From assembly GCA_964016885.1 (NCBI GenBank), contig OZ024742.1, forward strand, positions 96,472,001 to 96,536,000: a DNA stretch of 64,000 nucleotides, read 5' to 3'. Numbering within the stretch: the stretch's first letter is position 1; every line of letters begins with the position of its first letter. The notes below the pieces were generated by a model, which saw only the letters and a program-made list of their open reading frames with translations, had not been told where the DNA came from and made no database searches. This document shows positions 11,600 to 24,020 of this stretch, in pieces. The DNA is from Eledone cirrhosa. Lineage: Eukaryota. Made by a program: the position numbers and the translations under genes.

Positions 11600-12503
11600 T
11601 CCCTATATATATAAAACTGAGCATGTCTGTCTGTGTGTGTGTGAGTTTGAATCCCTAAAACTCGAGAAACACCCAACCGACTGTTTTCAAACTTTACACA
11701 TGTAATACTTATGTTTCGGGGAGTTTTCTGAGCAAAGAAAATTTCAAAGTTTCAATGTTCTAGGGACCGCATTAAGCGATTTAGTCTTTCTCTTTTTAGA
11801 TAGATATATACATATAACGTTGCGCCCTTATAATATCTGTCTGTGTGTCTGACTGTCTGCATTACGTCACTTCCGTGAAGATGTCTGTCTGTGTGTGTGT
11901 GTGTGAGTTTGAATCCCTAAAACTCAAGAAGTACCCAAGCTACTCTTTTCAAACTTTACATGTGTATTCTTTATGTTTCAGGGAGTGTTATGCACATAAA
12001 AAATTAAACTTTTTGATCCTTTAGGGCCCGCATTAGTTGAAAAACTGCGTTTTTTCAGGATTTTTAGGGGTTTTTTTAGTCGTTATGTCAGACTGATTTC
12101 CTTAAAATTGTAACTATGTATTATTCAGTCTCTTCTTCATACCGTGAGCAAAGAAAATCCAACTTTTTTATGGCCTAGGGCTCGCATTAGATGAAAAACT
12201 TCATTTTTTCAGCTCTTTAGGGCTTTTTTGAGACCTTACGTCTAGCCGATTTTCCCTAAATTTCAAGGCATATTATGCACATTAAAAAAATTCATTTTCT
12301 TGATCCCCTATGGCCCGCATTAGGTAAAAACCTGCATTTTTCCTGCTTCATCGAGAAAAACCTTAAAGATTATTCAGCCATCAGAGTATTCGGTTTATTT
12401 TCTTTACATATTGTCCACGCATGCAGTTTTTCCGCGGTTAGGTCTGTTGGCAGCCCGTGTTCCAAAATACCTTATCCCGTGCAACACCGGGTACCACTGC
12501 TAG
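11600..12503 (+). mobile_element. Non-autonomous Helitron (~900 bp)
   Basis: Inserted between A (11599) and T (12504) with no TSD. The 5' end is TCCCTATATATATAAAA. A subterminal hairpin CCCGTGCAACACCGGG (12476-12491) lies 8 bp before the terminal CTAG. The interior is CpG-richer than the flanks and contains internal repeats. Confidence 0.8.
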
Positions 12504-13426
12504 TATAAAATAAAAATGCATTGTTGTTCTAGGTAGATGGAAATTTTCTAAGAAAAAGCCAGCTTAGTGAATTGATGATGGATTCATCATTAGTTTTGAT
12601 AATCAACATTGTGTTGTTTGAATGACTGAACATCCAACACATGAATTAAAAGTTAAGTGATTGAGTATTCCACATGTAGATGTACACTTAACATAACTTT
12701 TAGACAGAACCATATGCCATATATCTCCAATTTAGAAGTATTGCATTACATTCCTGCATGACTTAAGAAGTAATTAAAAGAACTAGTGTCAAGAAGGGCA
12801 TCCTGCTGTAAACATTCCCTCACAAAGTTCCATCCGACCAATGTCAGCATTGAAAAATTGGTGCAAAAAATAATGATGATAACACAATATCTGACTGAGT
12901 TGGACCTTTAAGTTTCATGTGCAATCTATCTGACAAACTTCCACACTGTTTCTGACTACCCAATTTCATTCATAAGTCATAGGTCAAACAGAGGCATGGT
13001 AAAAACTTTTGCCCAAGATAAGAAAATGTTTTAATCACTCAGCCATAACTGTGTTTATTGTATTAACCCAAGGATGAAATGCCAGTTCTCTCAAAGCAAG
13101 GATTAATCTGTGAATTGAATGTCCCCATGTTTTTGATACAGTAAATACATCTAATCTTACTGTTTAATAAACACCACTATACAAAATATCATTTAAGATA
13201 ACAGAAAATAAAAGAAAGGGAATAGGAAAACAACCTTTATAAATTGATACAAATCTGTCATGAGAATTTGAATATCACACATTGGATGAGTTGGTTTGAT
13301 TTGCAGCATGGCTAACATTCCATTAAGACAAGAAATTTTCAGAACTTTGAGGAATAAATCTTTTAATTGAGTCATCCTCTCTTCAATATTGGAAGCACAA
13401 TGCACCCTGCAGAACGGAAAACAATG

Positions 13427-13427
<1 letters not shown>

Positions 13428-13504
<77 letters not shown>

Positions 13505-13530
13505 TAACAATAAAAAATACTAATAATAAT
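13428..13530. repeat. (TAA)n microsatellite
   Basis: About 24 perfect units followed by degenerate ones. Confidence 0.95.
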
Positions 13531-13919
13531 AGCAATATGCATATATATATAAATGTATAGAGGCTTAACTGCTGGGAATGAAGAAAGAGGTATGAATAAT
13601 GCATTTTAATGCTTGTCTAAAAATACATTTTTATATTGAATTAATGCAACCATATGCTCTGTAGTGTGTTATACAATTTTTCTCATACACTTACTACCAA
13701 ATCTATACTACCAGATATAAGGGAACTACCATGTAATTGTTGAGTCTGCTAAAAACAACAGCAGATCTCCTTCAAATCACACTTTAGCATCTTAATAAAT
13801 GAAATGACACATTAGTTAATTAACCCTTAGTTAAGCTACACCTAAAAATTGAGATAATTGTCAGAGCTTAAATGCATTTTATTATGTTTGCTTCATCTGG
13901 CCTGAAGCACAAAATAATA

Positions 13920-14097
13920 CAGGGTGGGTGGAAAAGTTCATATGCTGACTATGAAAGAGTGAAGCTAGTGCTGTGAAATCTTGCATGCATTAATTTTAAA
14001 TCTTCTTAGTAACTGCATTATTTCTTTCATGGATTATGTTGAAAAATCTTTTATGAGAGTGTCTTGGTCAGCCTATGAACTTTTCAGTTGACTCTCG
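13920..14097. mobile_element. Tc1/mariner-type MITE (~180 bp)
   Basis: TA on both sides. The ~30-bp imperfect TIRs are CAGGGTGGGTGGAAAAGTTCATATGCTGAC and the reverse complement of GTCAGCCTATGAACTTTTCAGTTGACTCTCG. Confidence 0.75.
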
Positions 14098-14384
14098 TAT
14101 GCCCCCCTTGATAATTACATTACACAGTAGGTAGAGATAATTGTTACAGCAGTCACTTACAATGAAGTATGACATAATAGTATGTACCATATACTGACCC
14201 AAAAGATCAATCTAGAATGTGGCAGCTGGTAAGATAGCGGGCTGCATGAGCATGGGGCTCATGCTTTCTTTATCAACTTCAAGAAAACAAAAAAGCAAAG
14301 TCGACTATGGAGAGATTTTGAACTCAGAAATTTAGAATTGGAACAAATATCTAATTCTCTAAGATCTCTACTTAATTGATTGTT

Positions 14385-14765
14385 TTATCATCATCATCAT
14401 CATCATTTAAGGTCTACTTTACATGCTTGCATGGGATAGACAAGATGTCACATTGTGTAGCCAGATATATCAGGTGACCACAAGTGGCTCATATGCTTTG
14501 CTTTTTCTGTTTTTAGTCTTGGTTTTCTATAGCTTGATGCCCTTTCTAATATTTTACAGGGTGAACAGGGTGGTTTGTTACAAGATTATGCCCATCTTAC
14601 AAAGAAGACTGAGTACTTTCTTCGTGGAACAGGAGCTATTACTTTGCAGGATGGAGTGGTTGCTTTTTGTTGTGACACCAGTACAACCAAGCTACAGGCT
14701 GGATTATTTGCTATTTTTGTGGACTGGGTGTTTTTTGTTAATCTACTAATATGACTTTTGTTGTG
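14385..14765 (-). mobile_element. RTE-related 3' UTR/SINE-like fragment with (CAT)n tail
   Basis: (CAT)n TTTAAGGTCTACTTTACATGCTTGCATGGG terminus, TTTCTATAGCTTGATGCCCTTTCTAA motif and degenerate ~45-bp subrepeats. Confidence 0.6.
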
Positions 14766-14889
14766 CTACTAGAGCTACATGAAATCAAACTAAGTTGACA
14801 TTATAAACCTTTAGTTATCATACCATATTTTCTTAGGGTGTTTCTAACCCCAATATTATTCTACTGTAAAGCTATATCTTTATTATAAT

Positions 14890-15672
14890 TATCATCATCA
14901 CCATCTAACATTCATTTTTCTACACTACTATTGGTTAGACAAGTTGTCCTGTTGTGAGACAAGGCAGATCAGATGATCATGTCTTGCTCATACAGAACTG
15001 ATTCTCATTTGGTTTCTATGGATGGATGCCTATCCTAACAACAACTATATTCACGTGTGTACTGGGTGCTTTTTGTTGTGACACCTACACAAACATTTTA
15101 CAGTATGGACTGGGCACATTTTGATGTCTCACCATCACAACCTCTTTAAAGTATGGACTGGGTGCTTTCTGTTGTAGCAACAATATGACCACTTACAGTA
15201 TGGACTGGGGGCTGGAGTGAGGGAGCTGCATAGGGATTGGTGAGGTAGATCTAGGATGGGGCATTTATTTGGTGAAGGGTGGAAAGTAGGGACCTGTGTG
15301 ATGATTGGGTGTTAGAACATGGTATGGCGGACCTTCTGTGCTACAACAAAAAATTGAGAGGTGCAATTGTGCGAAATCAACTTTTATCACCTCATCCTAA
15401 GTTTTCTTTTGTCTTCCTATTCCATACCTTCTGTTAACTTTGAGTGCCCTGCAGCTTTTTATACAACTGTGAACCTATATAGGCATCACAAGTCCATACC
15501 AATGCAATCTCCTTTGTTGCACACTGCATCTGGTCCTTCTTATGCCCAGATTCTCTCTCATTTCATTTATGCTTTGCTATTCATCAAAGGATGCCAATTT
15601 CATTTCTTTACAATCTTTGTAGGGTCTCTGCACACAGCGCCCAGGTATCACTACCATACAACATTGCTGTTC
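14890..15672 (-). mobile_element. Degenerate RTE 3' fragment with subrepeated 3' UTR
   Basis: Collinear with 741-1430 (GTTGTCCTGTTGTG..., CTTGCTCATACAGAACTGATT, TTTTATCACCTCATCC, CAGCGCCCAGGT.TCACTA...ACATTGCTGTTC). TACAGTATGGACTGGG is repeated three times. Confidence 0.75.
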
Positions 15673-16304
15673 ATATACACACACACATATATATGTGTGT
15701 ATATATATATATATATATGCATTTGTGAATTAATAATAATAATATTATAAAAATATTATTAATATTTGATTCGTTTGCAAGCAAACAGTCTCATAATGCC
15801 ATGTGTTCTAGATAAGTAACATTGTTTCGATGTTATTGCTCTTTATCAACATTGTATATTTCTCCCTTTTCTGTGTAGCAGAAAATATTTTGTGCTAAAA
15901 GTCCTTTGTCAAGAGGGAAAGGAGGTCATAGACATCCTCTGGAAATTATAGCCAATAACTAGTTAAGAAAAATCAATTATATTCAAACTAAAGTAAAGGG
16001 ATAATAAGATAATGTGTGCATACATGTGAGAGTATGCAAGAAAGAAAGGGAGAGAGTGAGAGAGAGAGGGAGAGGGAGAGAACAAAAAAGAGAGAGAGAG
16101 TAAGACATAGTGAAAATGGCAATATATATATTTGAAAATGTCAGAATTTCAAATGCAAAAAATTAACTAACAATAGTCAATTGCTATAAATAACTTGGAA
16201 TATCAGATAAACTACCCTTAAAGATTGAAAACATTGGTTAGGAGTCACTGTGGTGAAACAAACTCCTAAGAGTTGAATACCATGCAAGCCCATTAACCAT
16301 TGTG

Positions 16305-16565
16305 AAGGTGTGTGGTTTAGTTGTGTGTTGGACTTATGATCATAATATTCTGGGTTCGATTCCTGGACTGCATTGTGTGTTGCGTTCTTGAACAAAACTC
16401 CTTATTTCACATTGCTCCAGTATACTCAGCTGAACATGTGCTAGCAGTAGCTGAGAGTTTAACCCTGTCATGGAGTTGTGTCCTGTCTAGTGGGGAGTCA
16501 TGTTCTCTCAATCACGTAACACAACGGACAAACTTTAGACATTAACAGACATGACAGACTTTAGA
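16305..16565 (+). mobile_element. tRNA-derived CORE-like SINE with target-site duplication
   Basis: TGGTTTAGTTG A-box, GGTTCGATTCC B-box and TTCTTGAACAAAACTCCTTATTTCACATTGCTCCAG body. It is flanked by CATTAACCATT(G/A)TG at 16291-16304 and 16566-16579. Confidence 0.75.
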
Positions 16566-17297
16566 CATTAACCATTATGCTAAGTATCACCTGGCTACCA
16601 ATTCCATCTAATACAAGTTGGTATACTAAACAACATGCAGCTACTGTTGGAAGTAAGCAAATCCTATGCATTGTCGAAGTTCTGTGTAATTTGAAATTTG
16701 AAATTTCGGAACCCCAAATGCAGAATTGTACATGTAACAACAATCAATTGCTATAAATTATAGCTTGGGTGAACTACTTCTAGAAATTGAAAAATATGAC
16801 CAGCAGCCACTGCAGAGAATCAAACTCTGTATCTATCAAATACCATGCAACCATGTTAACCATTATGCTAGGTGCAACTAGTATGGTACCATTACACTAA
16901 GGGGCAACAGGTCACTCATCTTAAATTTCAAATCAATTAGTGCTTCTGATAATATATAACATTTGTTTACTTTAGGTTCTATTTGTTTAATATAGTCTCT
17001 CAAATTAGACTGAATAGGTGGCCAGTTTCAAATTTCATATCAACTAATACTTTGATTATTTGTAATATATATATGTCATAATGATCTTTAATCCTTGATG
17101 GTGGTTGTTCATAATTATGCTGTGGAATTTCTATTGAGTCAGCTTGTTTTAATTAGAGAAACATTTAAGATCTAATATTGTAATGGAAAAGTTGAATGGA
17201 CCTCAGCCATGAGATAGTAAAATGCTTGCACAATAAATATTGGGAAACATAGCTGCAAAAATTCAATAACTCATATTTTTGTTTCAAAGATTGAGCA

Positions 17298-17600
17298 CCA
17301 TCATCATCATATTCGTTTTTACATCGATTTTTCCTTGCTTGCAGGGATTGGATGGGACCTTTTCAGCATGGCTGCTCTCCACTCATCACATTCCTTCATC
17401 ATTTCCTCTGTGAGTCTCAGCGATTTGAGATCAGCTCTCACCTCCTCTGCCCAGGTCTTTCTTGGTCTATCTCTACTGCAGCTTCCTTCCACTGGGATTT
17501 CATTGCACATTTTCACCCAGCAATCATCATCCATGCCCACCACATGTCTGTACCACAGCCTTCTCTCTAGCACACCACTTCAGATTCCTCTTAAACCCAG
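17298..17600 (-). mobile_element. RTE-clade LINE 3' fragment
   Basis: ORF 17319-17573 reads ERRLWYRHVVGMDDDCWVKMC..GSCSRDRPRKTWAEEVRADL, with a (CAT)n tail on the + strand. Confidence 0.8.
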
Positions 17601-17705
17601 TGGAATAAAATGAAGAACTTTTCATTTAAAGACATAGGGAACCTGATGGTTGATTGGTGTGATTCATGCATGCTTGCATGAACTAACATCTTCAGCATAT
17701 TTTAA

Positions 17706-17959
17706 CCTTTTTGATACCAAACCACCTAAAACAGACCTTGGATTTATGATACTAAGCAATTTGTTATAAAGATTTCGTATTTAAATTTGAATTTCTCATC
17801 ATAGTTTTATGGAAGAAAATTCTAATGTTATATTCCAAACACAAGCATGAAAATGACAAAATAGTTATATTACTAAGCCCCTCCAAATTGTTGATTATTT
17901 TCAAATTTAATTGAAAATCATAGGCAGTATCCTCCTTTAGAAATATGGTAACGAAAGAG
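17706..17959. mobile_element. piggyBac-type MITE (TTAA target)
   Basis: TTAA|CCTTTTTGATACCA ... TGGTAACGAAAGAG|TTAA. Related degenerate copies occur near 21300-21410, 25190-25450 and 26100-26335. Confidence 0.65.
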
Positions 17960-18094
17960 TTAATATAGGTTGATAAAGTTTCAAAAGGTGAAGTATAATT
18001 TGATAAACATGCGGAGAACCATTTTTTTTCAGATACCTAAAGGAATTCTTATGCTGTTAAAAACATATCTGACATTTATTTTCAATCAAACCAA

Positions 18095-18265
18095 TCATCA
18101 TCATCATCATCATTTTACGTCCGCTTTTCCCTGCTTGCAAGGGTGGGACGGGAACTGATTCTGGCTTGATTTCTACAGCTGGATGCCCTTCCTAACACCA
18201 ACCTCATTTACAGTGAGTGCTGGGTGTTTTTTTTCTGTGGCACCTCCACGACCACTTTGCAGTGG
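18095..18265 (-). mobile_element. RTE-related 3' end
   Basis: (CAT)n TTTACGTCCGCTTTTCCCTGCTTGCAAGGG ... TTTCTACAGCTGGATGCCCTTCCTAACACCAACC; matches 741-980. Confidence 0.75.
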
Positions 18266-18269
18266 AATG

Positions 18270-18436
18270 ATAGGGACCCCTGTCCCTATCATCTCATTTC
18301 TACAGCTGAGTAAACTGGAGCAATGTGAAATAAAGTGTCTTGCTCAAGGAAACAACACATCACCCGGTCTGAGAATTGAACTCACAACCTTTCGATTGCA
18401 AGGCCAATGCTCTAACCACTAAGCCATGTGCCTCCA
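18270..18436 (-). mobile_element. tRNA-derived CORE-like SINE
   Basis: Minus strand: GGAGGCACATGGCTTAGTGGTTAGAGC...GAGTTCAATTC...TCCTTGAGCAAGACACTTTATTTCACATTGCTCCAG. Confidence 0.8.
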
Positions 18437-18859
18437 ATGTATGTCTAAATGTAGAGCTATGGTTAATATACATTACTGTACAACATTGCATTAGCTCAAA
18501 CTTTTACACCAGAGGGACACTTATTTCTCATCCATTTCCTCAGCATAGAATAGCAGATATAAATTGATGCCGATTATGATTTATAGGAGGTTATAAGCAA
18601 AGGAGCCCTGGAATGTTTAGGACCATGTTTTAAGTTGGAATTTTTCAGCACCTCTCGTCATCATCGTCTTCACCATTTAACATCAATTTTACATGCTATG
18701 TGCACATACACACACACACACATATGTATATATATATATACACCCGTCTAAACCTATGCTAGCATGGAAGATAGTCGTTAAACGATCATGGTGATGATGA
18801 TGACATGCATACATACATTCATATATTGATACATACACACACTTCATACACACTCACAC

Positions 18860-18862
18860 ACA

Positions 18863-18907
<45 letters not shown>

Positions 18908-18957
18908 TATGTATATATTTATATGTATATATATATATTTATATATATATGTATATA

Positions 18958-19055
<98 letters not shown>

Positions 19056-19115
19056 TATACATACATACATACATACATACATACATACATACATACATAC
19101 ATACATACATACATG
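18860..19115. repeat. (TA)n/(TACA)n compound microsatellite
   Basis: Directly visible. Confidence 0.95.
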
Positions 19116-19530
19116 TATATCTGTTTATATGCATATAAGTATATGTATGTGTATTTGAATACACACACAAATAAGCAAGCACTGACACATATACACATTG
19201 ATAATTTCAAATAACTATTAGAGTTTTAATTTAAATGCATTCAAAGAAATTTAGTTAAAAATAAAAATTTTTCAATTTTTTAATTTTTTTCCATTTATAC
19301 TTTCTGCATTACCTTTTGCTATTTTCTACTAAAGTCATTATAATTTGGCAGTGGTGTGTTGAACTGAGAATTTTTACCTCTCTGCTTTTGATGTTGCTTA
19401 AGCTTTTCTCAGAATTTTAATTATTTTTCAAACATCATCCATGGCTATCCAACAGAACACTTGAAATATATACATATCTACATATGCATATATATATATA
19501 TATATATATGTGCATAAATATATATATATA

Positions 19531-19568
<38 letters not shown>

Positions 19569-19858
19569 TAAGCAAATATATGTATATTTGTGTGTATATT
19601 ACACCACATGTGACTTTGAGTAACCAATCAAATCTTAAGTCAACTAAATCCAAACAACATAGCTTCTATATTTCATATGCAATAAAGTTTAATTTACATC
19701 AATAACAACAGCAACAACATTAACGTTGAAAATAAAAATAAAATGAAAATGTTGTTTCAAGAATATCAAGATTCCAAGAAGTATTTGATGTGAAATAAAG
19801 ATATTTGGGGAAAATATATTAAACATACATACTTACACACACAAACGTACATACATGT

Positions 19859-19919
<61 letters not shown>

Positions 19920-20087
19920 TATATATATACATATATGATATATAAAATTAACAATGATTAGTTTATACCTCAAAAATCAAAAACTACTCACACATAGAAA
20001 CTCATATTAACTCATACATATACAAACGCATACAGACACAAAATGTCAAAAGAAAAACGATATATCTGAAATGATATAGTAATATTT

Positions 20088-20192
20088 CAACAACAATCAC
20101 AACACTAACCACAACTACAAACACAACCACCACAACAACCACCACCACAACAACAACCATAACGACTACTACAACAAGAGTAACAACAACAA
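20088..20192. repeat. Degenerate (CAA/CAC/CTA)n low-complexity tract
   Basis: Mixed ACA/ACC/ACT triplets. Confidence 0.85.
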
Positions 20193-20764
20193 ACTTGTTT
20201 AAATCTAGACATATTTAAATGTCTGATTCTGGCACAACATATTAAATATCTAGGCAAGACATCAAAAGATCAGGTGGATTGATGATTTTACATCATTTCA
20301 TTTCTACAATGCCATGTATCTGAGTTCAAATTCTTTTAAGAGTTTCATTTTGAATTCTATTTATCATTTTCCTGCAGTTGGTGTTAATTTTATTGTAGAC
20401 ATGATTGTGTGATTAAGGTGTTTGCTTTACAATCACATGATTTTCTGTTTAGTTTCACTGCTTGACACCTATGCTACAATTACCACAGCTTAACCAATAC
20501 TTTGTGAGTGAAATTTTGTAGACAGAGACATTATGGAAACCAGTTACACTTTGGGAAGCTGGGTGATCTGCTTTTGTTGAATTTGGAGGGTGAGTGAGGC
20601 TTGGTTTGGCAGGAGTCGTGAGTACAGGTTGACATTTGGTTCAAAGTTTTTGCTGAGTATTTCTAGACTGATTGGAACAATAATGGTATTGTTTCCATAT
20701 ATATGTGCATGCATGTATATTCATGTCTGTGCTTATGTCAATATCTTTGTCAATGTACCATATC

Positions 20765-20908
20765 TTAAGGGTTTGACAAGAAAATCTATTGATAGAATAA
20801 GTACCAGACTTAAAAACTAAGAAGCACTGAGGTGAAGATGACTGACTAAAATCCCATGAAGGTGGTGATGCCCTGGCATGGCTCCAATCAAATGATTGAA
20901 ACAAGTAA
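20765..20908 (+). mobile_element. SINE 3' fragment
   Basis: GATAGAATAAGTACCAG...GCATGGCTCCAATCAAATGATTGAAACAAGTAA shares the GATAAAATAAGTACCAG core with the cluster SINE. Confidence 0.55.
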
Positions 20909-21864
20909 TGAAGCCAGTGGAAAAGCTGTGTCCATGACCCTTTATGGATACTCTGATTCACAGCATTTCATTTTACTGAGTTCAGATCCTGTTTGGAAAT
21001 TCACTTTACATTTATTTTCTTTCCTTCTGTAATTTTTTCAACAGTTCACATTCTTTTCATTACTTGCTTTCTCTGGGGAAGAGGCAGTACCTTCCTCTGG
21101 TAGGAGGGACAAAAAAGGTATCCTTAAATGGGACCTCTGGCTGAATGCTTGTTTAACCATTTCTTTGCCAATCTGTCTGAGATGTCTTGAGATTCTATGA
21201 TTCAAAACTGTCCATTTTAAAGTATTCAAATTTAAACCTGCTCTCAAACTTTTACATAAGAATCCTCTGTTTTGTTATGCTCCAAATAGCAGCTAAATAA
21301 GAGAGTATCGGTTATGTTATGAACTCACTCCAAATTTTCAATTATTCAAAAGTATAATTAAAACATATAGACAATGTATTTTGTTAGAAATAGGGTAAAA
21401 AAGAGTTAACACCACAAGGTGGAGGTGTTAAACTTGATGACCAATTAAACCACAGTCGAATTTGTGCTCAAAATTCAAAGAAATAGAATAAATACCATAG
21501 AAAATCCTATCTAACGTTTTAATAATTCCACCAGTCCTGACTGCCACATTATTTGATGATTCTGAAAGGATAAAAACTATTTCTATAGATATATGTAGCC
21601 TTAACATAATTCTCAGGGATATTCAGCATATTACAGTATGTGACAAGGCAGTGAAAGTGGACCTATCAGCCATTTATACATGAGTTTGATGAAGCTGACT
21701 CTTTTGTGGATCAAGCAACTGGAATACTGATCATCAAAACTGACAGAGGTTGCATCCATTTTTGCTTGATGTATTGGTAAGAATCCACCACAAATTAGTA
21801 GCTAATTAGCAAGTCTTGGCCTTGTTGCATGGGGCTCATACCTGCTCTATAAAGATGTGAACCA

Positions 21865-22285
21865 TCTTATACCTCTGTCTCTACTTCAGTCAGACTACAA
21901 GGTATAGGTAAAGATCCACCTCAAATTAAAATGTGATAAACAAATTTTAACCTTCCTGCATCTGTGGCTTAAAATTGCTCTATAAGCATGTGAAACAGTT
22001 TGCCTCTTACTCTCTATTTTGATAAAACTGCAAGGTAGCTTGATACATGGGTAAAAATCTGTCTAAAATTTAAGTCTAATGAACAGCTCCATCCTTCCTA
22101 CATCTATGGTTCACACATGCTGTAAGTAGATGAAATATTTTGTACTCTGACCTTTAATTCAAATAAGCTACAATGTAACTTGACATGTGAGTAAAAAATT
22201 ATCTTAAATTTGAGTGCAATAAACAAGTTCAGTCCTCCTGCATTTATGGCTCACACCCCAGTCTCTATTTCAACCAAACTGCATG
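21865..22285. repeat. Degenerate ~135-bp tandem repeat (about 3 copies)
   Basis: Recurring TCTCTA.TT....AAACT.CAAGGTA ... GTAAAAA...TC..AAATT ... CCT.CTGCAT.TATGGCTCACAC at ~21870, ~22005, ~22143 and ~22258. Confidence 0.6.
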
Positions 22286-23423
22286 AAATGAATAAATTAA
22301 AGATAAACTTATTATTGTTGCTGTATATTAACTACTTTACTACACAAGCTACTACAGACTTCTTTAGTGGTTAGATTAGAACATTAGGTAGTAGTTAGCT
22401 ACATATTAATCTTGTTGTTGTAGATTACAGCGATATTCTTACACAGTCTTACTACACTACAGACTTTAATAGACTTTAATAGCTCCGAAAACATAACCCG
22501 CTAGAGTTGTTTAACCACAGACCAATATTTTCCTATTGATTACGAAGCAATACAGTTATCAAACTAGAAGCTAGTGAAGTGATAAGCTATATATATTCAT
22601 ATTGAATGACGTGATGGTGGTGATGGTAGTGGTGGGTGGGTTTGCTACATTGCTACAACACATAGATCCATTGAAGTGAATATTTTTATAGTCTATTAAC
22701 ACTTATAAGCTCTCGACTAAATGCCATTACTGTTATTGATTGCCGACAAATATTGTTATCATCAACATTGCAGAATATTCCGCTGGAAACATTAAAAGAA
22801 AGAATAAATGAAAGCAAGCAAAAAAAAAAAAAAAAAGAAGAACAAACCCAACAAATATAAAAAAAAATGTAAACTAATAAAAGAGAATAAAAAAGAATGT
22901 AAGAAAGAAATAAAGAACAGCTGTATAACTTTGAAAACTAAGGAAGCATTGATCAGAAGCGTGGCACGGCGCACGGATGTCTTTAAATTCTTTGTTGTGC
23001 TCACTCTTTCTGTTTTGCAGTGCTGTCATTAGGTTTAACCCCAGAGGTCACTTAGCAAGGATCAACTTGATAACAATGGCCCAAACATTATCACAACATT
23101 TGTTTTGAGGGACAAAGATTAAACACCACAGAGGGGGAGGGCGTCTCTGTCACTTTCTCTTTCTCTTTCATTTAAATTGTTTATAGATTTTTGTGAGTTT
23201 TTGCTGTTTGGAGAGATTTTCCTCCAAAATATGACAGACAGCCAACCTTTCAGACAGTTCTGAAATAATAGTATTTGTGCTACTTTTAGCTGCTTTATCA
23301 TCATCATTACTGTTTTATGTCCATTTTCCATATTCACATGGGTTGGGTGGGTTGTCATGTTCCAAGACTATGACAGATCAGATGACCATGTCTTGCTCAT
23401 CTATTACATAGCATTGCAATAAT

Positions 23424-23560
23424 GTGCATGGCCTAATGGTTAGCGTGTTGGACTCACAAACATAAGGTTGTAAGATTCAATTCTTGGATGGTGCAGTGCA
23501 TTGTGTCCTTGTGTGAGCTACTTCATTTTATATTGTTCCAGTCTATGCAGCTGAAAAATA
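23424..23560 (+). mobile_element. tRNA-derived CORE-like SINE
   Basis: GCATGGCCTAATGGTTAGCGTGTTGGACTCAC...GATTCAATTC...TTGTGTCCTTG...CTTCATTTTATATTGTTCCAG; same family as 16305 and 18270. Confidence 0.7.
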
Positions 23561-23824
23561 TTAGTATCAGTAGCAGCTCAATAAACCTTCCATGAAATGC
23601 AACCTCATAAAAGGCTAGCTAAACCTACATTAGTATGAGCTATGGCTTGTTGTTCCTACAGCTCATGCTGCATTTCATTAGAAATATTGCCATAAAAGTG
23701 TTAATCGTTTAACAATATATCAGAAATTCTCCACACACAGTAAGTATAAGATATATACTGATATGAGTATAGACCCTACACCTTGTTATTTGTCAAAAAA
23801 CATTATTTTTAGAGCAGTGTAGAG

Positions 23825-24020
23825 TAGAGGATTGGCAGCATCTTTTGAGTGATAGACAAAATGCCTTGTCTGTTATGTTCTAAATTCAAATTCAAACAAG
23901 GTCAACTTTCTGAGTCAATAAGTACCAGTCAAGTACTGGAACTGATTTAATTGATTTGTTGACTCCTCCTCTTTCTCGTATTAAATTTCTGCTCATTGTG
24001 CTGAAAGTATAGGAATTATA
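23825..24020 (+). mobile_element. Old, degenerate copy of the Meta-like SINE
   Basis: GGATTGGCAG...TTCAAATTC..AAGGTCAACTTT...AATAAGTACCAGTCAAGTACTGG...TTGTGCTGAAAGTATAG. Confidence 0.55.

Noticed and set aside
21030-21250. Possible host exon (pyrimidine tract + CAG at ~21043; 69-aa minus ORF)
   Set aside because: No recognisable domain and only weak donor sites. It cannot be supported without transcript data.
22792-23032. Lys-rich ORF with a CpG-containing patch
   Set aside because: It is driven by an A-rich low-complexity tract and shows no recognisable homology.
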